Positions 18,738 to 29,118 of a stretch of 64,000 nt of DNA are shown in pieces. The notes beneath the pieces are model-generated. The model had not been told where the DNA came from, did not search any database, and worked only from the letters and a program-made list of their open reading frames with translations. The first letter of the stretch is position 1. Each line of letters starts with the position of its first letter. This DNA is from Ectothiorhodospiraceae bacterium BW-2 (GTDB lineage: Bacteria > Pseudomonadota > Gammaproteobacteria > Thiohalomonadales > Thiohalomonadaceae): positions 2,874,071-2,938,070 of the forward strand of contig CP032507.1 in assembly GCA_008375315.1 (NCBI GenBank), read 5' to 3'. Both the position numbers and the translations under genes were made by a program.

Positions 18738-20606
18738 TTAGTGGTTCGCAACCATCAATTTATCGATGGCAGCGCAAATACCTGCTCTGTCTAACTGGCA
18801 CTGCTGTAGCAGCTCATCACGGCTACCCTGCTCTAGGAACTCATCGGGGTGGCCGAGGGGGATAAGGCGGTTACTCAGCTGCTGCTGTTGCAGCCACTCC
18901 ATAACCGCACTGCCGGCACCGCCCTGAATGACGCCATCTTCGATAGTGATCCAAAAGGGGTGAGTGGCGGCGAGCTGTTGTAGCAGGGCCGTATCGAGCG
19001 GTTTGACAAAGCGCATATTGACCACAGTGGCGTCATAGTGCTGCGCTGCCGCAACGGCGCTATCGATAAATGGCCCAAAGACCAATATAGCGACCCTCTC
19101 TCCGTGGCGAATGAGCTCAGCTTGGCCGATAGGCAGTGAGGTTAGAGCGCTATCGATGGCAACATTCGGGCCGCTACCACGGGGATAGCGCACCGCAGCT
19201 GGCCCGTGAGGATAGTGGAGTCCGGTAGTCAGTAACTGACGGCACTCTTGTTCATTCGCCGGTGTCATAATGATGAGGTTGGGGATAGGGCGCAGCGCGG
19301 CGATATCGAAGCTGCCGATATGGGTCGGGCCATCGGGGCCGACAATGCCGGCGCGATCAATGGCAAACAGGATCGGTAACTTTTGCAACGCCACATCGTG
19401 AATCAGTTGATCATAGCCGCGCTGCAAAAAGGTGGAGTAGATAGCGACTACCGGCTTTAACCCCTCACAGGCGAGACCGGCGGCGAGGGTAACTGCGTGC
19501 TGTTCGGCAATGCCGACATCAAAATAGCGCTTAGGAAAGGTTTCGGAGAAGGCGACTAGCCCCGAACCTTCGCGCATCGCCGGTGTAATGGCCACTAGAT
19601 CGGGCTCGGCGTGGCCGCTATCGACTAGCCATTGGCTAAAGATGGCGGTAAAGGTGGGGCGATTAGAGCGGCTAATGGGTTGGCCGGTTTCGATATCGAA
19701 CGGCCCTAAGCCGTGGTAGCTACAGGGGTTATCTTCAGCCGGGGGGTAACCGCGCCCCTTTTGAGTGACCACATGTAGCAGTTGTGGGCCATCGATTTGA
19801 GCCATGTTGGTGAGTGTTTTGCGTAAATTGGTCAAATCGTGACCATCGACCGGGCCGATATAGTTAAAGCCGAGCTCTTCAAACAGCGTACCGGGCACCA
19901 CCATCCCCTTTAAATGCTCTTCAGCCCGTTTAGCTAGCTCTAGTACCGGCGGCAGGTTGCTTAACACCCGTTTGCTGTTCTGCCGTACTGAGGTGTAGAT
20001 CTGCCCCGATAGCAGCCGTGACAGATAGTTTGACATACCGCCAACATTCGGTGAAATCGACATCTCGTTATCGTTGAGAACGACCAGTAGATTAGCATCG
20101 AGATCACCGGCATGGTTTAGCGCCTCAAAGGCCATGCCCGCCCCCATGGCACCATCGCCGATAATCGCCACGACTTTACGATCCTCTTGGCGATGTTTGG
20201 CCGCTAGCGCCATCCCCAAGGCGGCGCTAATGGAGGTGCTGGAGTGGCCGGTGCCGAAGGTGTCGTACTCCGACTCCTCCCGCTTGGGAAAACCGGCCAG
20301 ACCGTGTCGCTGTCGTAAACTCGCCATCTGTTCACGCCGTCCGCTGAGAATTTTGTGCGGATAACTCTGGTGGCCCACATCCCAGACGAGGCGATCATAG
20401 GGGGTGTTAAAGACGGTGTGGAGGGCGATGGTTAGCTCGATAGTGCCGAGTCCGGCGGCTAGATGCCCTCCGGTGCGGCTAACGCTCTCAATCATGAACT
20501 GTCGTAACTCTTGGGCGAGCTGTTTCAGTTCTTGGGGAGTGAGTTTGCGACAATCTTTTGGTGTATCAATGGTTTGCAGTAGCGGGTAGGGGGTGGAGTC
20601 GGTCAT
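18738..20606 (-). CDS. dxs: 1-deoxy-D-xylulose-5-phosphate synthase
   Basis: TPP-binding blocks present ([37 protein letters not shown]). Transketolase-like pyrimidine-binding and C-terminal domains. Sits in the xseB-ispA-dxs order. Confidence 0.95.
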   Translation of the reverse strand: MTDSTPYPLLQTIDTPKDCRKLTPQELKQLAQELRQFMIESVSRTGGHLAAGLGTIELTIALHTVFNTPYDRLVWDVGHQSYPHKILSGRREQMASLRQRHGLAGFPKREESEYDTFGTGHSSTSISAALGMALAAKHRQEDRKVVAIIGDGAMGAGMAFEALNHAGDLDANLLVVLNDNEMSISPNVGGMSNYLSRLLSGQIYTSVRQNSKRVLSNLPPVLELAKRAEEHLKGMVVPGTLFEELGFNYIGPVDGHDLTNLRKTLTNMAQIDGPQLLHVVTQKGRGYPPAEDNPCSYHGLGPFDIETGQPISRSNRPTFTAIFSQWLVDSGHAEPDLVAITPAMREGSGLVAFSETFPKRYFDVGIAEQHAVTLAAGLACEGLKPVVAIYSTFLQRGYDQLIHDVALQKLPILFAIDRAGIVGPDGPTHIGSFDIAALRPIPNLIIMTPANEQECRQLLTTGLHYPHGPAAVRYPRGSGPNVAIDSALTSLPIGQAELIRHGERVAILVFGPFIDSAVAAAQHYDATVVNMRFVKPLDTALLQQLAATHPFWITIEDGVIQGGAGSAVMEWLQQQQLSNRLIPLGHPDEFLEQGSRDELLQQCQLDRAGICAAIDKLMVANH

Positions 20607-20688
20607 GCGGTTTCAGTATCGTGGTTAGATCAAGGAGGCCCTATGTTAGCAGCTTTTGGTGCGAATGGGGCTAAACATAATAGTGGGG

Positions 20689-21585
20689 CTAATAGGGGCG
20701 TTGGGCAATGTAGTCGGCTAGATCGCGCAGGGGGGCGGCGTGGTGATCGAACCCCTGTAGCGCTTGGTGCGCCTGCTGTTGTAGCGCTTTGAGTTCACTG
20801 TAGGCGGCATCGAGTCCGAGCAGCGCCGGATAGGTACTCTTTTGCGCTGCGGCATCAGAGCCTACTGGTTTGCCTAGGGTATCGCTATCGGCAGTGGCGT
20901 CGAGAATATCATCGCGCACCTGAAAAGCTAGCCCAATCGCGCGACTATAGTCGGCAAGCCGCTGCCGCTGTTGTGCGGTCGCTGCCGAGAGGGTAGCGGC
21001 CATGGCGATGGCGGCGTGGATTAGGGCACCGGTCTTATGGTGGTGAATCTGCTGTAGCTGGCTCAGGGAGACGCGCCGCTGTTCGGCCTCCATGTCGAGC
21101 ATCTGCCCTCCGACCATGCCGTACTCACCGCTAGCATGAGCGAGTGTGGCTATGAGCTGTAGTGCTCTGTCGGGTTGTCGCTGGAGTGCCTGATCGCCGC
21201 TTAGTTGGCTAAAGGCTAGCGTCTGTAGCGCGTCTCCGGCTAATATCGCGACCGCCTCGCCGAACTGGATATGGCAGGCGGGTCGGCCGCGACGGATATC
21301 GTCATCATCCATGGCGGGGAGATCGTCATGAATTAGCGAATAGGCGTGAACCATCTCGATCGCTGCGGCAACCGGATCGAGCTGTGGCAGAGGGGTCTGA
21401 AACAGCTCGCCGGTAAGATAGACTAGCAGCCCACGAATCCGCTTGCCGCCATTGAGGGTGGCGTACTGCATCGCGGCTGAGAGGGTGGGTGCTGGCGGAC
21501 GACTCTCGCCGTTTAATCGCTGCTGTAGTTGCTGCTCTAGCCGTTGACGGTAGCTCTCGGCTTTTTGCTGTAGCTGTGGGGTCAT
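20689..21585 (-). CDS. ispA: Farnesyl diphosphate synthase / geranyltranstransferase
   Basis: FARM motif [19 protein letters not shown] and second Asp-rich motif (VRDDILD). Its ATG overlaps the xseB stop as ATGA. Confidence 0.9.
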   Translation of the reverse strand: MTPQLQQKAESYRQRLEQQLQQRLNGESRPPAPTLSAAMQYATLNGGKRIRGLLVYLTGELFQTPLPQLDPVAAAIEMVHAYSLIHDDLPAMDDDDIRRGRPACHIQFGEAVAILAGDALQTLAFSQLSGDQALQRQPDRALQLIATLAHASGEYGMVGGQMLDMEAEQRRVSLSQLQQIHHHKTGALIHAAIAMAATLSAATAQQRQRLADYSRAIGLAFQVRDDILDATADSDTLGKPVGSDAAAQKSTYPALLGLDAAYSELKALQQQAHQALQGFDHHAAPLRDLADYIAQRPY

Positions 21586-21839
21586 GGCCGCTGCTCAGGC
21601 TGTAGAAAGTCGCGTAGCTCCTCGCTGCCGCGCTGTTGCAGCAGAATTTGCACCCGCTGCTCCGCCTGTTGCAAAATCTGTTGGCAGTGGCGGCTTAGGG
21701 TAATGCCCCGTTCAAAATCGGCTAGAGCCTCCTCAAGTGGCTGATTGCCCTGCTCCATGCGTTGAACTAGCTGCTCTAGTTCAGCTAGATCCTTTTCAAA
21801 CTGGTGGGCAAAGGTTTGGGTCTCATTTTGTTCAGTCAT
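21582..21839 (-). CDS. xseB: Exodeoxyribonuclease VII small subunit
   Basis: Homology to XseB starts at [10 protein letters not shown]...[36 protein letters not shown]. The track ORF has a 13-codon upstream extension, so the start is re-assigned to the ATG at 21837-21839. Confidence 0.85.
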   Translation of the reverse strand: MTEQNETQTFAHQFEKDLAELEQLVQRMEQGNQPLEEALADFERGITLSRHCQQILQQAEQRVQILLQQRGSEELRDFLQPEQRP

Positions 21840-21900
21840 GATTGCTCTCAGTGAATAAATTGGGGTATGGTAGCGCAATTATTAAGAGGATGGAAAAGAG

Positions 21901-22770
21901 ATGCAAAACAGAAAGGCTATTTTGACGACCGTGGTGCTGTGGGGTATGCCGTTTGCGCTCTCGGCGCTGGAGCTACAGACAGAGGCCGAACAGATGCGTT
22001 GGCAGGAGTTTGATAAAGGGCGTGACATTGTGACCGAAAGTGGCTGGCGCTACCGTGTTGGGGTAGGGGAGTCGTGGTCGCTTGGACGAGGGGTGAGGCT
22101 GGCGCTGTCGGGCGGTTTAATGACCGGTAAGGTCGATTATGATGGGGAGACCGATAGTGATCAACCGCAAGAGGCGCAGAGCGATACCCTCTATGAGGGG
22201 TGGCAGATGGGTAGTCAGCTCTTAGGCCCGTTATGGCAAGAGAGTTGGCGCTGGAGTGCGGCGCTAATCTACGAGCGTTGGGATCGCGATATTCAGGATG
22301 TGACGATTATTAACCCCGATAGCGAGCTGACCTATGGACAGGGCTATCTGGAGCACTATGACTCACTGATTGGTCGATTGGGGGTCAACTGGGCTCGTTC
22401 TGCTCTGCAGATAGAGGCGGGGGTGGAGTATCCTTTCTACATTGATGAGCTCTATGCCGGCTCCTCATTTTCAACCGATGAGTTGGCTTTAGTCGATACG
22501 GCGCTAGAGCCTGAAGCGAAGAGCGTCCCCTATCTACAGTTGGGCTACCAGATTAACTCCCGTTTGGCTCTTAAATTTGGGTATCGGGAGCGAAAGTGGG
22601 ACGCCTCGGATAGAGCCTATGTCCGTACGGCAGCCGGTGAGATGGTATCGCTCAATAGCTCGGGTGACTTTGTCCCTTTTGTTAACGGCGGCGAGGCCGT
22701 GGCGGTGTCACAGCCGCAGAGTCAGGAGCGACTCATTTCACTCGGTGTCGTGATTCAGCTAACCGATTAG
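21901..22770 (+). CDS. Hypothetical secreted protein, possibly an outer-membrane protein
   Basis: Signal peptide (LTTVVLWGMPFALSA). Rich in Gly/Tyr/Trp and alternating hydrophobic residues, suggesting beta-strands. No family recognised. Confidence 0.55.
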   Translation: MQNRKAILTTVVLWGMPFALSALELQTEAEQMRWQEFDKGRDIVTESGWRYRVGVGESWSLGRGVRLALSGGLMTGKVDYDGETDSDQPQEAQSDTLYEGWQMGSQLLGPLWQESWRWSAALIYERWDRDIQDVTIINPDSELTYGQGYLEHYDSLIGRLGVNWARSALQIEAGVEYPFYIDELYAGSSFSTDELALVDTALEPEAKSVPYLQLGYQINSRLALKFGYRERKWDASDRAYVRTAAGEMVSLNSSGDFVPFVNGGEAVAVSQPQSQERLISLGVVIQLTD

Positions 22771-22792
22771 GGCCTTGTTCATCGCCCTACCC

Positions 22793-23785
22793 TTAAACTT
22801 TAGCCGTAGCGATGGCCCGTATCGGTGCTGGGTAACCTTCGATAGTGAGGGCAGGATTAGTCGGATCGAGATAGTCGGCTAGAGACTCAAACACCATCCA
22901 GCGGGTACGGCGCTGCTCTTCGGGGGTGGTCGGAGTGACATCGACTAACTCCACGCTATGGTAACCGCTCTGCCTAAGCCACTCTAACAGCATCGGTACT
23001 GAAGGTAGCGCATAGACATTGTGCATTTTAGCGTAGCGCTTTTTGGGTATCAGACACTCATCTACCGTACCCTCTATCACCAACCCCTCTAAAATGAGCT
23101 GCCCCCCAGGGCGCAGATAGCGCCCTAACTGGCGCAGGTGAGCTAGTGGATCGCGTTGGTGGTAGATAACCCCCATCGAAAATAGGGTATCGAAGCAGGG
23201 AATGGGAGTCGCAAGCTGTTCTAGTCGCAGCGGCAGCACCGTGTTCGCTCGATGGGCGATAAAGTGGTCGATAGCGCCAAACTGCATCAAATAGCGCAAA
23301 GTGGGATCGATACCTAGCACCTGTTTTGCCCCAGCGCCGACCATCCGCCAACCGTAGTAGCCGTTACCGCTGCCGACATCGAGAATTAATCGATCTTGCA
23401 GCGGATCGATAGCCTCGGCGAGGCGACGCCACTTCCAGTCGGAGCGCCACTCGGTATCGATAGCGATACCAAACAGCTCAAACGGCCCCTTGCGCCATGG
23501 TTGAAACTGCAACAGTAGCTGCTGTAGCTGACTCTGCTGCTCGACGCTTAGATCATCGGCTTGGCCGATGCGAATGGTGTCGCGATTTAGCTCAATCGTG
23601 GAGGGGGTGATAACCGGAAACTGGCGCAGAGTTCGTAACCACTGCGGAACATCGCCGTGGCGGGTCGGCTCAAGTGCCGAGGCCACCTGTTGTGGTAACC
23701 ACTCAAGCCAAGGGGCTAAGGGGGAGTCGGCTAACCCGTGGTAGAGGGGGGTGTAGTCGAGGATTGGGCGCTCAGCTAGGGGCAT
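22793..23785 (-). CDS. cmoB: tRNA U34 carboxymethyltransferase CmoB
   Basis: CmoB blocks LQPWRKGPF, WRSDWKW and the SAM-fold motif ILDVGSGNGYY. Lies directly downstream of cmoA. Confidence 0.9.
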   Translation of the reverse strand: MPLAERPILDYTPLYHGLADSPLAPWLEWLPQQVASALEPTRHGDVPQWLRTLRQFPVITPSTIELNRDTIRIGQADDLSVEQQSQLQQLLLQFQPWRKGPFELFGIAIDTEWRSDWKWRRLAEAIDPLQDRLILDVGSGNGYYGWRMVGAGAKQVLGIDPTLRYLMQFGAIDHFIAHRANTVLPLRLEQLATPIPCFDTLFSMGVIYHQRDPLAHLRQLGRYLRPGGQLILEGLVIEGTVDECLIPKKRYAKMHNVYALPSVPMLLEWLRQSGYHSVELVDVTPTTPEEQRRTRWMVFESLADYLDPTNPALTIEGYPAPIRAIATAKV

Positions 23786-23802
23786 GACATCAAAGGCAGA
23801 AG

Positions 23803-24534
23803 CTATTTAATCGCCACCAAAGCGGCAAAGTTAAAACACTGGTACCAGAGGTGGATTTGGCTAAATCCGGCCTGCTGTAACCGCTGATAGTGGGTGGTGA
23901 GGGGGTCGGGAAAGAGGACATTCTCCAGCGCGGCCCGTTTGCGGCTAATCTCCATGTTAGAGTAGCCGTTAGCCTGCTTAAAGGCGAGCTGCATCGACTC
24001 TTGCCACTGCTGCTCGGCGGGCTGCTCAAAGCAGATCTTCTCCGCTAGCATCAGAGCGCCACCGGGCAGTAGCTGGGTATAGATCTGATGGAGTAGCGCA
24101 AGGCGCTCAGCGGGGGGGATAAACTGCAAGGTAAAGTTGATCACCACGAGCGAGGCGTTAACTGGGGTAATATCGCGAATATCGCTGCAAATTAGGGTGA
24201 TAGGGGCCTCTGGAGCCTGTCGTTGCAGATTTTGGCGGCAATTTTGCAACATCACTAGGGAGTTATCGACCCCAAATAGGTGGTAGTCGTGGTGGAGGGT
24301 GCGGCTGACCATAGAGAGGGTTGAGGCACCGAGTGAGCAGCCTAAATCGTAGCCGTAGCTCTTCGGCTGTAGATAGCGCGAGGCAAACAGCCCTAGCAGG
24401 GCGATAATATCGCCATAACCGGGCACAGAGCGGCGGATCATGTCGGGAAAGACCGCAGCTACCTGCTCATTAAATTGAAAATCGACCAGCATCGGTTGAG
24501 GCCGGCTGAAGAGTTGATCGCGTTTGGTTTGCAT
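23803..24534 (-). CDS. cmoA: Carboxy-S-adenosyl-L-methionine synthase CmoA
   Basis: FDERVAEVFPDMI-type N-terminus (FNEQVAAVFPDMIRRSVPGYGDI). SAM-methyltransferase fold motif YDLGCSLGAS. Start re-assigned to the ATG at 24532-24534; the track ORF is 16 codons longer. Confidence 0.9.
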   Translation of the reverse strand: MQTKRDQLFSRPQPMLVDFQFNEQVAAVFPDMIRRSVPGYGDIIALLGLFASRYLQPKSYGYDLGCSLGASTLSMVSRTLHHDYHLFGVDNSLVMLQNCRQNLQRQAPEAPITLICSDIRDITPVNASLVVINFTLQFIPPAERLALLHQIYTQLLPGGALMLAEKICFEQPAEQQWQESMQLAFKQANGYSNMEISRKRAALENVLFPDPLTTHYQRLQQAGFSQIHLWYQCFNFAALVAIK

Positions 24535-24918
24535 GGGGCAATTATACCCGTTGCAATAGAAAGAGAGAATCTTTGCTCGCACTAATCGTCGATGTTGTGA
24601 ACTCTACCTTGGGGAGCATGGCTGGGCTGTCAGGGGGCTGTATTGGCTATTTTTTAGTTTATTTTTAGTCAATTAGGTTGAAACTAGAGTCGTCATGGCA
24701 CGGGGTATAAAGAATCTTTATGAGTGGCCAAGATAGTTCTGCTTGGTAAAAGCGTTACGATGCGGTTATCTTATGCGCCCCATACAAGGGGGCAGCGCTG
24801 AGAAGTTACCAGCCTGCCAATTTTAAATAGTGACGAGCTGCAGTGCCGTCAACATTTAAGGTTTCACGAGCCGCGAAAGCGGTGCAACTGCAGTTGATAG
24901 AAAACAGGAGCATACATT

Positions 24919-25392
24919 ATGCCTACATTTGTGCGTACTGATAAGTGCGATGGCTGCAAGGGTCAGGATAAGACCGCTTGCATGTACATTTGCCCACATG
25001 ATCTGATGAAACTGGACAAAGATGGTTCAGAGACTGGCCATGCCATGAAGTCCTACAACCAGGAGCCAGAGCAGTGCTGGGAATGCTACTCTTGCGTTAA
25101 AATCTGCCCACAGAACGCCATCGAAGCGCGTCATTACGCTGATGTTGTCCCTCTCGGTGGTTCTGTGCAGCCGCTGCGTGGTTCTGACTCCATCATGTGG
25201 ACTATCAAATTCCGCAACGGTACATTAAAGCGGTTTAAATTCCCCATCCGTACCACTCCCGAAGGTTCTATCGATCCTTACGGTAGCAAGCCGGAAGCCG
25301 ATATGGCTAAGATTACCGAAAACGGTTTCTTTAACCATATGGAACAGAACGGCTACCGCTCCGGTAACCCTGACGAACTGATCGCCAAGTAA
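24919..25392 (+). CDS. aprB: Adenylylsulfate (APS) reductase beta subunit AprB
   Basis: Characteristic N-terminus MPTFVRTDKCDGCKG...CMYICPHDLM and second cluster CWECYSCVKICPQNAI (two 4Fe-4S sites). AprB-specific C-terminal tail. AGGAG RBS 8 nt upstream. Confidence 0.95.
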   Translation: MPTFVRTDKCDGCKGQDKTACMYICPHDLMKLDKDGSETGHAMKSYNQEPEQCWECYSCVKICPQNAIEARHYADVVPLGGSVQPLRGSDSIMWTIKFRNGTLKRFKFPIRTTPEGSIDPYGSKPEADMAKITENGFFNHMEQNGYRSGNPDELIAK

Positions 25393-25406
25393 GAGGTATT
25401 TAGAAC

Positions 25407-27404
25407 ATGGCTGAATTTGGAAAACCTGAAGTCGTTGAAGAAGAAGTTGATGTCCTCCTCATCGGTGGTGGTATGGCTTGCTGTGGTGCAGCCTACGAAA
25501 TTATGCCTTGGGCCAAGCAGGCAGAGGCTGAGCTAGGTCGCGAGCTAAAAATTAAACTGATTGATAAAGCAGCAATGGATCGCTCCGGTGCGGTTGCTCA
25601 AGGTCTCTCTGCTATCAACACCTACATCGGTTCCGAGCAGGATCCTGCTGACTATGCTCGCATGGTCTCTAACGATCTGATGGGGATTACCCGTGATGAC
25701 CTCGCCTACGATCTTGGTCGTCATGTTGACGAGTCTGTCCATCTATTCGAAGAGTGGGGCCTACCTATCTGGAAAACAGATGAGAATGGTGAGCGCCACG
25801 ACGGTTCTAAAGGCCTGACACCATTGAAAGATGGGGGTAAGCCGGTTCGTTCTGGTAAGTGGCAGATTATGATTAACGGTGAATCCTACAAGTGGATTGT
25901 GGCCGAAGCTGCTAAAAAAGCGCTAGGTACTGAGCGTATTCAAGAGCGAGTCTTTATCGTTAAGCTATTGAACGATAAGAATGACAAGAATAAGATTGCA
26001 GGCGCTGCCGGCTTCTCTGTTCGTGATAACAAAGTTCACATCTACAAGGCTAAGACTATCCTGCTAGCCGCCGGTGGTTGTGTTAACATCTTCCGTCCTC
26101 GCTCAGTCGGTGAAGGGACTGGTCGTGCTTGGTATCCGGTATGGAACGCCGGTTCTACCTACTCAATGGCTGCTGAGGCGGGCGCTGAGTTGACCATGAT
26201 GGAGAACCGCTTCGTCCCGACCCGCTTTAAAGATGGTTACGGCCCTGTGGGCGCTTGGTTCCTGCTGTTCAAATCGAAAGCGACCAACGCCTATGGCGAA
26301 GCCTACATGGTTAAGAACAAGGATATGCTAGATGACTATCCTCCTTATGGTCAGGCAGCCGTTCCCGCCTCTTGCCTGCGTAACCACCTCATGCTCAAAG
26401 AGATGAAAGATGGTCACGGCCCAATCTGGATGGATACCGTCACCGCTCTGGCTAATCTGCGTGAGACCCTCTCACCGCGCGAAGTGAAGCACCTTGAAGC
26501 AGAAGCTTGGGAAGATTTCCTCGATATGTGTGTCGGTCAGTGCGGTATCTGGGTGGGTGAGAACATTGAGCCTGAGAAGAAGAACTCAGAGCTAATGCCG
26601 ACCGAGCCCTATCTGCTAGGCTCACACTCAGGCTGCTGCGGTATCTGGACTTCAGGTCCTACCGATGTCGGCGCACCGACTGAAGAGACCGAAGCGGGTG
26701 TTCCTGATCACCTCCCTTCAGGCTGGAACTGGGGCTATCGTGGTATGACCACCGTTAGCGGCCTCTTTACAGCGGGTGATGGCGTAGGTGCCTCTGGTCA
26801 CAAGTTCTCCTCTGGTTCACATGCTGAAGGCCGTATGGCAGCTAAGTCGATGGTTAAGTATGTGCTTGATAACAAGGACTACTCACCTGAGCTCGACACC
26901 TCAGTTGACGATCTAGTGGCTGAAATTATGCGTCCGGTTCAGACCTATCTGGAGCACAAGAACTACTCTACTGCGATTGATGTTAACCCTCACTACATCA
27001 CTCCGAAGATGTTACAGTTCCGTCTGCAGAAGATCATGGATGAGTATGTGGCGGGTGTAGCGACTTACTACACCACTAACGAGCACATGATGGCTGTGGC
27101 CGAGCAGAAGCTGGAGATGCTGAAAGAGGACTCTCTGAAGCTGCGTGCTAAGGATCTGCACGAACTACTGCGTGCGTGGGAGAACTACCACCGCATTCTG
27201 ACCGCCGAGGCGCACCTAAAGCACATCATGTTCCGTGAAGAGAGTCGCTATCCTGGCTTCTACTATCGCATGGACAAGAACTTCGTTGATGAAGAGAACT
27301 GGAAGTGCTTTGTAAACTCCATCTACGATAAAGAGACCAAACAGTGGACCTGCTTTAAGCGAGCTCACAAGGATCTGGTCGATAAGTCTAAGCTGTTCAA
27401 ATAG
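25407..27404 (+). CDS. aprA: Adenylylsulfate (APS) reductase alpha subunit AprA (FAD flavoprotein)
   Basis: FAD-binding N-terminus VDVLLIGGGMACCGAAYE. 665 aa with conserved AprA blocks throughout. 14 nt after aprB. Confidence 0.95.
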   Translation: MAEFGKPEVVEEEVDVLLIGGGMACCGAAYEIMPWAKQAEAELGRELKIKLIDKAAMDRSGAVAQGLSAINTYIGSEQDPADYARMVSNDLMGITRDDLAYDLGRHVDESVHLFEEWGLPIWKTDENGERHDGSKGLTPLKDGGKPVRSGKWQIMINGESYKWIVAEAAKKALGTERIQERVFIVKLLNDKNDKNKIAGAAGFSVRDNKVHIYKAKTILLAAGGCVNIFRPRSVGEGTGRAWYPVWNAGSTYSMAAEAGAELTMMENRFVPTRFKDGYGPVGAWFLLFKSKATNAYGEAYMVKNKDMLDDYPPYGQAAVPASCLRNHLMLKEMKDGHGPIWMDTVTALANLRETLSPREVKHLEAEAWEDFLDMCVGQCGIWVGENIEPEKKNSELMPTEPYLLGSHSGCCGIWTSGPTDVGAPTEETEAGVPDHLPSGWNWGYRGMTTVSGLFTAGDGVGASGHKFSSGSHAEGRMAAKSMVKYVLDNKDYSPELDTSVDDLVAEIMRPVQTYLEHKNYSTAIDVNPHYITPKMLQFRLQKIMDEYVAGVATYYTTNEHMMAVAEQKLEMLKEDSLKLRAKDLHELLRAWENYHRILTAEAHLKHIMFREESRYPGFYYRMDKNFVDEENWKCFVNSIYDKETKQWTCFKRAHKDLVDKSKLFK

Positions 27405-27430
27405 TCTCTATTTAAGCTTTGACTAAAAGA

Positions 27431-27462
27431 GGCCGGATGCCGCGAGGTATCCGGCCTTTTTG
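27431..27462 (+). terminator. Rho-independent terminator downstream of aprA
   Basis: 8-bp GC-rich stem GGCCGGAT/ATCCGGCC with a 10-nt loop, followed by TTTTT (27457-27461). Confidence 0.7.
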
Positions 27463-27475
27463 TATGCAAATATAA

Positions 27476-28399
27476 ATGGGTGAATGTATGTCCAAATCTC
27501 ATGTAGATATTAGTGTTAACGACTCCCCCTTTAGCGAGAGCCCCGTGGTGCCGACGCTGCTAGCGAGAGATAAAAAGATCAGTTTTCGCTGTTATAAAGG
27601 CGTTAAATGTTTTAACGCCTGTTGCAGTAATATCGATATTACCCTGACTCCCTACGATATTATTCGGCTTAAAAATCGGCTTGATGTCGATTCAGGTCAG
27701 TTTCTGCAAGAGTACACCGTGCCGTTTGAATTTGAGAAAGATGGCATTGCCGGCGTTAAAATGAAGCCGGTTGAGGGGGGCACGGCTTGCCGTTTTATGA
27801 CCGAGGAGGGGTGTTCGGTCTATGAAGATCGCCCCACCGCCTGCCGTTACTATCCGGTCGGGATGGTCTCGATGCGTAAACAGGATGAATACACCGATAG
27901 TAATGCCTATGCTCTAGTCGAGGAGGAGCACTGTTTAGGTCATCAAGAGGATCGTACGCTAACGATTGATGAGTATCGTGAAGAGCAGGGGCTATTCGAC
28001 TACGATGAGTATAGTCGCGGTTGGCGGCAGCTAATATTAAAGAAAAAGTCCTCTGGAGCCACGATTGGTAAGCCATCATTAAGAAGTCGCCAGCTCTTCT
28101 TTATGGCCTGCTATAACATCGATCAATTTCGTACCTTTGTCGCCAGTGACGGTTTTCAACAGAGCTTCGATATCGAAGAGGAGCGGATGGCCAACATTCT
28201 GCTCGACGATGTGGCGTTAATGCTGTTTGGATTCGACTTTTTAAAGCATGTCCTCTTTGGCGAGGAGCAGATTAAGCTCAAAGAGGGGGTGATGGAGCAG
28301 CGCCTTGCCAAAGATAGGGCGATACTCGAGCAGCGGATCAATCAAAAGGTGGCTGAACGCAATGTCGATGCCGATATTGAGCCGTTTGATTTAAGTTAA
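27476..28399 (+). CDS. YkgJ/UPF0153-family CxxCxxCC Fe-S (or zinc) binding protein
   Basis: N-terminal Cys cluster FRCYKGVKCFNACC. Second conserved block GTACRFMTEEGCSVYEDRPTACRYYP, typical of the PF03692 family. No TM segments. The start is ambiguous between the ATG at 27476 and the ATG at 27488. Confidence 0.75.
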   Translation: MGECMSKSHVDISVNDSPFSESPVVPTLLARDKKISFRCYKGVKCFNACCSNIDITLTPYDIIRLKNRLDVDSGQFLQEYTVPFEFEKDGIAGVKMKPVEGGTACRFMTEEGCSVYEDRPTACRYYPVGMVSMRKQDEYTDSNAYALVEEEHCLGHQEDRTLTIDEYREEQGLFDYDEYSRGWRQLILKKKSSGATIGKPSLRSRQLFFMACYNIDQFRTFVASDGFQQSFDIEEERMANILLDDVALMLFGFDFLKHVLFGEEQIKLKEGVMEQRLAKDRAILEQRINQKVAERNVDADIEPFDLS

Positions 28400-28412
28400 A
28401 TTAAATCTCGTT

Positions 28413-29117
28413 TTGGTGGCTGTGCTGTTACACTCTATTGGCTGGGTAGAGTCCTGCTTTCGAGAGAAGTTTGGCACCCCGCGCCAGCCGGGGCTGATAG
28501 CGACCGCTGAAGCGACCCTCGTGCTGCCTGCGCCCTACGGTAGCGCGGAGAGTGTGCGTGATCTGGAGCAGTTTAGCCACCTGTGGGTACTGTTTCTATT
28601 TCACCAAACCGCAGCGAAGGGGTGGCAACCGCTGGTGCGACCGCCCCGCTTGGGGGGGAATCGCAAAAGCGGTCTTTGGGCGACTAGGAGTATGTTTCGC
28701 CCCAATCCGATTGGTCTGTCGGTGGTGGAGTTAGTTGCGATTGAGATTACCAAAACGCAGGTCGAGTTGCAGATTCGGGGACAAGATATCATCGATAAGA
28801 CGCCGATTATCGATATTAAGCCCTATCTGCCGTGGGTCGATGCGGTAACCGATGCCAAAGGTGGGGAGTATCAACGCCCTCCTACAGCGACGCTCTCAAT
28901 TGAGTGGTCTCCTGCGGCGCTGCAACAGCTAGCGCAATTGAGCGACCGAGGCGAGTCGCTCCGACCGCTACTAGAGCAGGTTATCGCTCAAAATCCCCGT
29001 CCTGCTTACCAAGGGGATAGCCGAGAGTACGGTCTTTGGCTAGAGCAGTTTAACTTTCGTTGGCGAGTTGAGGAGGAGAGGGTGACAGTCATGGCGGTAG
29101 AGCGATGGGAGGGTTAA
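28413..29117 (+). CDS. trmO: tRNA (adenine37-N6)-methyltransferase TrmO (TsaA/YaeB family)
   Basis: TsaA-like beta-barrel blocks FGTPRQPGL, FSHLWVLFLFH, RPNPIGLSVVEL, IDIKPY. Plus a C-terminal extension. Confidence 0.8.
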   Translation: MVAVLLHSIGWVESCFREKFGTPRQPGLIATAEATLVLPAPYGSAESVRDLEQFSHLWVLFLFHQTAAKGWQPLVRPPRLGGNRKSGLWATRSMFRPNPIGLSVVELVAIEITKTQVELQIRGQDIIDKTPIIDIKPYLPWVDAVTDAKGGEYQRPPTATLSIEWSPAALQQLAQLSDRGESLRPLLEQVIAQNPRPAYQGDSREYGLWLEQFNFRWRVEEERVTVMAVERWEG

Positions 29118-29118
29118 C

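Noticed and set aside
24583-24918. A sigma-70 promoter for aprBA (TTGAAA at about 24677 and TATAAA at about 24707).
   Set aside because: The spacing between the candidate -35 and -10 elements is about 22 nt, which is too long. No confident promoter call can be made by eye.
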